In this document: positions 57,951 to 64,000 of the stretch, piece by piece | Numbering within the stretch: position 1 is the first letter of the stretch | Layout: each line of letters begins with the position of its first letter | Origin: Pseudanabaena sp. M085S1SP2A07QC | GTDB taxonomy: Bacteria; Cyanobacteriota; Cyanobacteriia; Pseudanabaenales; Pseudanabaenaceae | Assembly (NCBI GenBank): GCA_020404895.1 | Contig: JADBWK010000004.1 | Coordinates: 109,506 to 173,505 of the forward strand | DNA length: 64,000 nt | Direction of reading: 5' to 3' | The notes under the pieces: model-generated | What the model was told of the DNA's origin: nothing | The model's input: only the letters and a program-made list of their open reading frames with translations | The model's database searches: none | Program-made: the position numbers and the translations under genes

Positions 57951-58835
57951 TTGTCTACTAATCCTCACACACCCACTAATCCTATGAATTACTCAACCCA
58001 AAATTTGTCAAATTTTTTTAAAAAACAACTTGGCTACTTGTCAGCGATCGCTTTAGGTTTACCCCTATTAGCAAGTCCTAGCTTCGCTCAGATTATCCCT
58101 GTCGAAACAACCCCTAGCTCAAATCCTTCAAGACTACCATCTGAAAACCCTAACGATAAAGCTGCCAATCCTACTGACAACAAAACGGCTCGTTTTAGCT
58201 GCCAGTCGCGTGATGGTCAATATATTGTCGTCTATCAACCCAAGAGCCAACCCCAAAAATATTTCCCTTGGGCTGCCCCCAGTGCGATGGGTGATGGCTG
58301 GTCACCTGAAAAGCGTTGCAATGAAATTAGCCGTCGGTTGGAGTCATACCGCCCCGATGGTTTGCTGGAAATGAAAACGAGTACTGAAAATGGATACAAC
58401 ATTATCTGTGCTACCACCGACAAAAATTCTGCTTGTCGGATTGTCTTAACTGTCCCCAATGGACAAGATCCGATCGCCACCCGCGATCGCGTATTTGGAA
58501 ATCTCACCACTGCTGATAATGGTCAGGCAACTACGGCGGTGAATACTTACGTCCCTCGTCGTGGCTCGCTTACTCCACCTCGTTTAGGGAAAGTTGGTGG
58601 ACCAGAAGGATTTATTGGGATAGTTCCTAGTAACTTACCTCGTGGGGTAAGTGGTAGTCTACCCGTAAAAATTCCCAGTGATAGTTGGAAACCATTACCA
58701 ACATCAAGCTCCTATAAAGGTAATGGATTATATCTAAAGCCCTACCTCGATCCCAGTGATGGCGGTACTGGTGCTAGGCTAGGAACTAGCAATTTCACAG
58801 GCGGCACAAGACTAAATCCTAATAATTTTCGTTAA
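57951..58835 (+). CDS. COP23 (circadian oscillating polypeptide)-domain secreted protein with a C-terminal Gly/Pro/Ser-rich extension
   Basis: ARFSCQSRDGQYIVVY..WSPEKRCNEISRRL..GYNIICAT..ACRIVLTVP matches the COP23 Cys pattern (recollection). TTG track start, alternative ATG at 57984. Confidence 0.7.
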   Translation: MSTNPHTPTNPMNYSTQNLSNFFKKQLGYLSAIALGLPLLASPSFAQIIPVETTPSSNPSRLPSENPNDKAANPTDNKTARFSCQSRDGQYIVVYQPKSQPQKYFPWAAPSAMGDGWSPEKRCNEISRRLESYRPDGLLEMKTSTENGYNIICATTDKNSACRIVLTVPNGQDPIATRDRVFGNLTTADNGQATTAVNTYVPRRGSLTPPRLGKVGGPEGFIGIVPSNLPRGVSGSLPVKIPSDSWKPLPTSSSYKGNGLYLKPYLDPSDGGTGARLGTSNFTGGTRLNPNNFR

Positions 58836-58881
58836 ATAAAAAAGGGGCGCAAAGCGCCCCTTTTTTTGCTTATTTTATTTA

Positions 58882-60084
58882 TTAAGCTTCGTTCAAAGCT
58901 GCAATACCAGGAAGGATTTTGCCTTCAAGCAATTCTAGGCTTGCACCACCACCAGTGGAGATGTGGCTCATCTTGTCAGCAACACCAACTTTCTCAACCG
59001 CAGCTACGGAATCGCCACCGCCGATGATGGTGATTGTGCCAGTGGCTGTGAGATCAGCAAGAGTATGCGCGATCGCCTCAGTACCAACAGCAAACTTATC
59101 AAACTCGAATACACCCATCGGGCCATTCCAGATTGCAGATTTGCATTCGGCAAGTGCAGCTTGGAATACCTTTACGGAGTCAGGCCCAATATCCAAGCCC
59201 ATCCAACCATCAGGAATATTGTCAATGCTAACGGTTTGGGCATTAGCATCAGGCTTGAAGTTATCAGCAACAACAACATCAGTTGGTAGCAAGAACTTTA
59301 CACCACGTTCCGCAGCTTTCTTTTCAAGGGCGCGAGCCAAGTCTAGCTTATCTTCTTCAACGAGAGACTTACCAACACTCAAGCCACGAGCCTTGTAGAA
59401 GGTAAAGATCATGCCGCCGCCGAGCAACAAATAATCGACTTTATCTAGCAAAGTTTCGATAACGCCGATCTTGCTAGAAACCTTAGAGCCACCAACGATC
59501 GCTGCTAGAGGACGCTTAGGATTGTCGATCGCACCGCTCAAGTATTGCAATTCTTTATCCAGCAAGAATCCAGCAACTGAGGTGCTGATGTACTTGGTTA
59601 CGCCTTCAGTTGAAGCATGGGCGCGGTGAGCAGTACCAAAAGCATCATTTACATAAATGTCAGCCAAAGATGCTAGTTTTTTGGCGAATTCAGGATCGTT
59701 CTTTTCTTCTTCAGGATAAAAACGTACATTTTCTAACAAAGCGACATCGCCATTGTTAAGAGCATTAACTTGAGCCGCAACTGCGTCACCAATGCAATCG
59801 TCGGTTTTGACAACGGGCTGACCAAGTAGCTCAGATAGACGTACTGCTACAGGATTGAGTCGAAGACTTTCAGTGACACCCTTGGGTCTGCCGAAGTGAC
59901 TGGTGAGAATTACGCGAGCGCCAGCTTCGGTGAGGTACTTAATGGTTGGTAGTGCTGCACGAATACGGGTATCGTCGGTAATTTTGCCAGTTTCGTCTTG
60001 AGGAACGTTAAAATCAACTCTTACTAAAACTTTCTTGCCTGCTAATTCCGCAGCAGTCAAACTTGCAAGACTTTTCTTCGCCAT
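58882..60084 (-). CDS. pgk: Phosphoglycerate kinase
   Basis: [32 protein letters not shown], and STGGGASLE. Confidence 0.97.
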   Translation of the reverse strand: MAKKSLASLTAAELAGKKVLVRVDFNVPQDETGKITDDTRIRAALPTIKYLTEAGARVILTSHFGRPKGVTESLRLNPVAVRLSELLGQPVVKTDDCIGDAVAAQVNALNNGDVALLENVRFYPEEEKNDPEFAKKLASLADIYVNDAFGTAHRAHASTEGVTKYISTSVAGFLLDKELQYLSGAIDNPKRPLAAIVGGSKVSSKIGVIETLLDKVDYLLLGGGMIFTFYKARGLSVGKSLVEEDKLDLARALEKKAAERGVKFLLPTDVVVADNFKPDANAQTVSIDNIPDGWMGLDIGPDSVKVFQAALAECKSAIWNGPMGVFEFDKFAVGTEAIAHTLADLTATGTITIIGGGDSVAAVEKVGVADKMSHISTGGGASLELLEGKILPGIAALNEA

Positions 60085-60562
60085 AAATTTTTTATACTCG
60101 TAGTATATAAAGTTGCTTTTTTACTATGTCTTAATAATTTTACCGAATTCCGTCCAGTTTAAACCCCCAAAAATAAGGAGCGATCGCTCCTTATTTTTGG
60201 ATTTGTCCTTTAATTCACAAAATAATTCACAAACGTGTTAACAATTTTGTGAATTGGTATTATCGGCTAACCTGATCTGGTTCTGTAATGAGCGCTCAAC
60301 CAAGGATATTTTGCCCCAAGCAAAAAGCAAAAAGAATTTAAGGTGCGCGACCACTTTTTTGTTTTTTAAGGATCTCAAGCTGTATATAATTTGCTGTGAA
60401 ATTCAATAACGATCTTTTTCAATTACTAGCTGTAGTTTCTAAAACAGACTTCAAGTCCAACTTAATGCTAGTTTCAAGATATAGTTCAAGTTTAAGGCGA
60501 CTACCAAATGCTAACAGTCGTTAGATGGTGGAACTTGCCCCTATCCACAAAAGACATAATCT

Positions 60563-62830
60563 ATGTATCGATTTCAGGTAAAAGCACCCACGCAAAATGG
60601 GGAAATGATTGGTATCGTCGGCTCGATTTCTCAATTTGGATTATGGGATATCAAGAAATATTTACCTTTGCAGACATCAGGAGATCGCTACCCTATTTGG
60701 TGGGTAGACGTGGAAATTGATCCGTCAACCTTGACTGATTCTGAAGAGAAAATTGAATATAAGTATGTGCGAATTGATGCTAATGGTAAATTCCAATGGG
60801 AATGTGAAAAAGAGACAAATCGCTGGATTCCTATTGAAAAAGAGCATATTGGCTCTAAAACTTCGACCATCATTGTTGATGATCTTGCATTTGGAAATGT
60901 TCATCCATGTCCTTATGGATATTTAGAAAATGCGATCGCTCCAGAGCCAAAAACAGAAACATACTCACAAAATGGGCTCAAAATATTAGTCCTTGGTAGT
61001 TCAGTGGCTATGGGTTGTAGCGCTTGGTTATTAAATGGCTGGGCAAATCAACTAGGGCAAACTCTAAAGGAAAAATTTGGTCATCAATTGATCAACCGAT
61101 CGCAATTGGGTGCAAATGTCACTAGTACAATTGAGCGCTTCGCTTCAGTCGTTGTACCTGAAAAACCAGATCTGGTAATTATTTCGCTCTCTTTAGGAAA
61201 CGAAGGACTAGCTTACTGCCGTCCCCATGATCGCCGTGCCGTCCAGCGCCGCTACGAAAGCGGTTTGCAGCAACTGATTAAAATGACCCAAGATTTGGGC
61301 GCAATACCAGTGATTGGTGGTCTCTACCCCAATGGAGACTACAACCCTGAACACAACTGGCTTTTGCGTGATACCCACCATCGGATGTTGCGTTGGGGCG
61401 TTCCTATTCTCGACTGGCTAGATGCTTTGGATGATGGCGATGGAGGTTGGAAATCTGGTATATCTCTGGATATCGCGCACCCTAATACCGCAGGACACAA
61501 ACTAATGTTTGAGGCGATCAATCTTGATATTTTTCAGATTGATCGTGAGCGACGATCACAGGAACAAGCCATCAAATCCCATAGCAGTACCACCGAAATT
61601 GCTATCTATGGCGATAAATATGGATTTCAAGTATTTGCTAACCCCGAAGCTCAGACTTTGCGAATCATTAACAATTCTGAATATGATTACAACATCACTT
61701 CAACTTGGAAGGAATTGCAAGAAGCCCTGAAACGCAAAGCTGATTTAACTTTTGGCACGTCGTATATCGCTAAAAATGATGAGCTAGGCACAGTTCCATT
61801 GCTTTCAGTTGGGTTTAATGGAATGATTGAGAATACTGTTAAAGTTCCGATTGGAGTCGATCTTCAATACTGCTCAGCGCTCAAGTTTTTTGCGCCCCAA
61901 AATGCAGAAATCCTTTACTATGATGGGCATCTAGGGATTCTCAAAGAGGGCGATCGCACAATCCGTATTATCAATGAGTCTGAAGAAGAATATAACATCC
62001 ATCCGATGTGGAAAGAAATTCAGGCGGCGTTAGCTGCTATGCCTGCAGGAGTTTATCACGATCCTGCCAATCCAGAAGCACCATTTCGGACAATGATGAT
62101 TGGCGAGCAAGGTTTAGAGAGCAGAGTCAAGGCTCCAGTCAAATCGACAATGTTGCTCAAATACAAATGTAAACTATCAGAAATTAATCGCATTGCCATT
62201 TTGCCGTTAGGCGATCGCTGTGCTGCGAGAATGCTCCTGTACAAGATGGAATATGATGGGCCAGCATTTCCCTTTGATTTAGCGCGTTCCACTAATCTCG
62301 GCGATGTAACTGATATGGTGGTCAATGATTTTAAAGATATGTGGAATCCTGCATATCTCCACTACAACGCTATTGATAACCGCATCTATCACTCTAAATG
62401 GTCCGGTCTATCCTTTGGACATGAAGTCGAAGATACGGACGATCCTGCAAATAATATGCAGCCTGTTCATGAAAGGATGCGTGTTCGCTATTCGGCGCGG
62501 GCAAAGAGATTTTTGTACACGCTCGAACATTGTGATGAAGTATTATTTGTACGTACTGGTGTAACTAATCGCGACTATGTGCTAGACCTGATCGAGAAGC
62601 TAACGGTTAAATGCAAGGACAAACCATTCCGAGTGCTGCTTATTTCCAAGCAAACATCTGATGAGTTTAGAGACATCCCAAATCTACTACATTACGATCT
62701 CCACTTCAGTCCCGATTGGATGTATGACAGCCAAGACTATTGGATGGAATGTACTAAAACTATGAAGGAGATTCTCGAATCTCTTGGCATCTCTAGTCAA
62801 AATCTATTTTGGTGTCCACCTAATCCTTAA
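60563..62830 (+). CDS. Multidomain protein: CBM20 starch/glycogen-binding module - SGNH/GDSL hydrolase - two tandem ~100-aa repeats - DUF1796-like C-terminal domain
   Basis: CBM20-like FQVKAP..GEMIGIVGSISQFGLWD..EYKYVRID. SGNH blocks LVLGSSVAMG, SLGNEG and DIAHPNTAGH. Internal repeat RIINNSEYDYNITSTWKELQEAL / RIINESEEEYNIHPMWKEIQAAL. C-terminal LGDRCAARMLL..PFDL is DUF1796-like (recollection). Confidence 0.75.
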   Translation: MYRFQVKAPTQNGEMIGIVGSISQFGLWDIKKYLPLQTSGDRYPIWWVDVEIDPSTLTDSEEKIEYKYVRIDANGKFQWECEKETNRWIPIEKEHIGSKTSTIIVDDLAFGNVHPCPYGYLENAIAPEPKTETYSQNGLKILVLGSSVAMGCSAWLLNGWANQLGQTLKEKFGHQLINRSQLGANVTSTIERFASVVVPEKPDLVIISLSLGNEGLAYCRPHDRRAVQRRYESGLQQLIKMTQDLGAIPVIGGLYPNGDYNPEHNWLLRDTHHRMLRWGVPILDWLDALDDGDGGWKSGISLDIAHPNTAGHKLMFEAINLDIFQIDRERRSQEQAIKSHSSTTEIAIYGDKYGFQVFANPEAQTLRIINNSEYDYNITSTWKELQEALKRKADLTFGTSYIAKNDELGTVPLLSVGFNGMIENTVKVPIGVDLQYCSALKFFAPQNAEILYYDGHLGILKEGDRTIRIINESEEEYNIHPMWKEIQAALAAMPAGVYHDPANPEAPFRTMMIGEQGLESRVKAPVKSTMLLKYKCKLSEINRIAILPLGDRCAARMLLYKMEYDGPAFPFDLARSTNLGDVTDMVVNDFKDMWNPAYLHYNAIDNRIYHSKWSGLSFGHEVEDTDDPANNMQPVHERMRVRYSARAKRFLYTLEHCDEVLFVRTGVTNRDYVLDLIEKLTVKCKDKPFRVLLISKQTSDEFRDIPNLLHYDLHFSPDWMYDSQDYWMECTKTMKEILESLGISSQNLFWCPPNP

Positions 62831-62933
62831 ACGAAAAAGCCGCGCTCAGCGCGGCTTTACAGAAAAAATCTAGTGGCAATTCAGGAATTGTCCGTGATGA
62901 GTTTAACTTTTAGTTCACCAGATTACTCTGCTA

Positions 62934-63812
62934 TTAAGATTTTGGCGATCGCTTTGTTTTTGCTGATTTCTGGGGATTGGATTTCTGAGCAGAAATTTTT
63001 TGTAACTTTTGTACTTCTTTGAGGGTTAGTCCTGTAAATTGGGCGATTAATTCTACGGAAATGTTGGAGTGCATCATGTTTATGGCGATTTGGTTTCTTT
63101 CCTTAGTCTTGCCTTTAGCCTCACCCTCAGCTATACCTTCAGCTTTGCCCTTGGCTAGACCTTTAGCTTCACCTTCGGCTATACCCTCACGCAAGATTTC
63201 TTGATAAATTACTGATTCTTTCATGATTTCGCTCCTTAAAAGTCTTTGGATGATTTCTTTATTTAGGGCTATACCCGATATTATAGCTGTGGATGCGGCT
63301 ACGTTGCTTTGTACTTGTTTATCGGTAATTTGTTCGATTTGTCTGGCAACTTGTCTTAAGGTTTCTTCGGGATTTTTAGTTTGTGAGAGGGTTGCAAAAG
63401 GTAATAATCCTTGGTATTGCTGAAATATTTCTGTGGGCTGCTCCCAAAGTCTGATCACGTTAAATTGATGGCTTAGTCCGCCAAGGTTAAATGTGGTTTC
63501 GTAAACAAGGGGTGATTCGCTGGGTGTGAGGTAAATCACGACTTGATAGATTTCCCTGTCTGGAAATTGACGATGCAATCTCAACAGGTAATCGGTCATG
63601 CGGAAGGGAATGTTTTTGTTGGGGTCGGTCTGGAACTCTATGTGGAGTATCATTCTTAATGATTTCAGAAATATAACTGAATCAGCCCGAATTGGTTCGA
63701 CGGATAGTTCCGATGGTTCGAGTTTGGTAAAGTTAATGGGTTCTCCTAACAACCAACTGGCAAAGTCGATGGGAAAGGTTTCTGCTAAGAATTTACAAAT
63801 GTTGTCGATCAT
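62934..63812 (-). CDS. Rpn-family recombination-promoting nuclease / putative transposase (PD-(D/E)xK) with a DUF4351-like tail
   Basis: EPIRADSVIFLKS..ILHIEFQTDP..RMTDY is typical of cyanobacterial Rpn/YhgA-like proteins. Low-complexity GIAEGEAKGLAKGKAEGIAEGEAKGK. Confidence 0.8.
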   Translation of the reverse strand: MIDNICKFLAETFPIDFASWLLGEPINFTKLEPSELSVEPIRADSVIFLKSLRMILHIEFQTDPNKNIPFRMTDYLLRLHRQFPDREIYQVVIYLTPSESPLVYETTFNLGGLSHQFNVIRLWEQPTEIFQQYQGLLPFATLSQTKNPEETLRQVARQIEQITDKQVQSNVAASTAIISGIALNKEIIQRLLRSEIMKESVIYQEILREGIAEGEAKGLAKGKAEGIAEGEAKGKTKERNQIAINMMHSNISVELIAQFTGLTLKEVQKLQKISAQKSNPQKSAKTKRSPKS

Positions 63813-63953
63813 TGCGGAATTTTATCATCTCAAGGGTGATTGAGAACGACTCAATCTATAGCTCAAAAGATCGCTCACAAGTTTGAGAAAATCGCTTGCT
63901 TGTTTGGATGGAGATCTCTGGAATAATAGAATAGGTTCTAAATAGATTTATTT

Positions 63954-63983
63954 GGTGCGTTTCATTTCATGAACGCACCCTAC
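63954..63983. repeat. Single-hairpin relative of the GTAGGGTGCGTTAC element family (ggtgcgtt..aacgcaccctac)
   Basis: It shares the GGTGCGTT / AACGCACCCTAC arms with 19044-19128. It is close to the window edge. Confidence 0.6.
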
Positions 63984-64000
63984 GCTACTCATTTGAAAAC

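Noticed and set aside
58919-59398. 159-aa and 108-aa plus-strand ORFs inside pgk
   Set aside because: They are antisense to a highly conserved glycolytic gene and are shadow frames.
1-64000. Looked for tRNA, rRNA, tmRNA and obvious riboswitch-like elements in all intergenic regions
   Set aside because: I could not recognise any cloverleaf-compatible or rRNA-like sequence by eye. By-eye scanning is insensitive, so tRNAscan-SE or Infernal should confirm this.

Overview
This is a cyanobacterial chromosomal segment. It has dense GCGATCGC (HIP1) sites and carries chlG, ycf4, CpcS/CpcT-type bilin lyases, COP23 and an SLH-OprB porin. About 55 genes are supportable. Core genes include sufR<>sufB-(hicBA)-sufC-sufD, a lytic transglycosylase, chlG, ycf4, a cyclophilin, a BMP-type ABC importer operon, purH, purD, acpP-fabF, glutaminase, pgk and several hybrid His-kinases, one of them broken. 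Accessory content sits in two islets. (i) At 6.8-9.0 kb, a two-gene ABC-ATPase + Toprim-like cassette is bracketed by a duplicated, diverged copy of the sufD 3' end. A MITE has hit its gene junction. This is my best candidate for an undescribed PARIS/AbiL/OLD-like defence module. (ii) At 13.7-17.3 kb there is a low-GC KAP P-loop NTPase, toxin-antitoxin genes, DUF433 and a Uma2 nuclease, plus a duplicated gene-junction segment. The intergenic space holds several repeat families: a 108-bp TIR MITE (3 copies), a 154-bp palindromic MITE, GTAGGGTGCGTTAC-type double hairpins, C/G-tract twin hairpins, and 40-57-nt perfect palindromes. I recognised no rRNA, tRNA or CRISPR array by eye. All domain calls come from motif recognition in the supplied translations, not from database searches.
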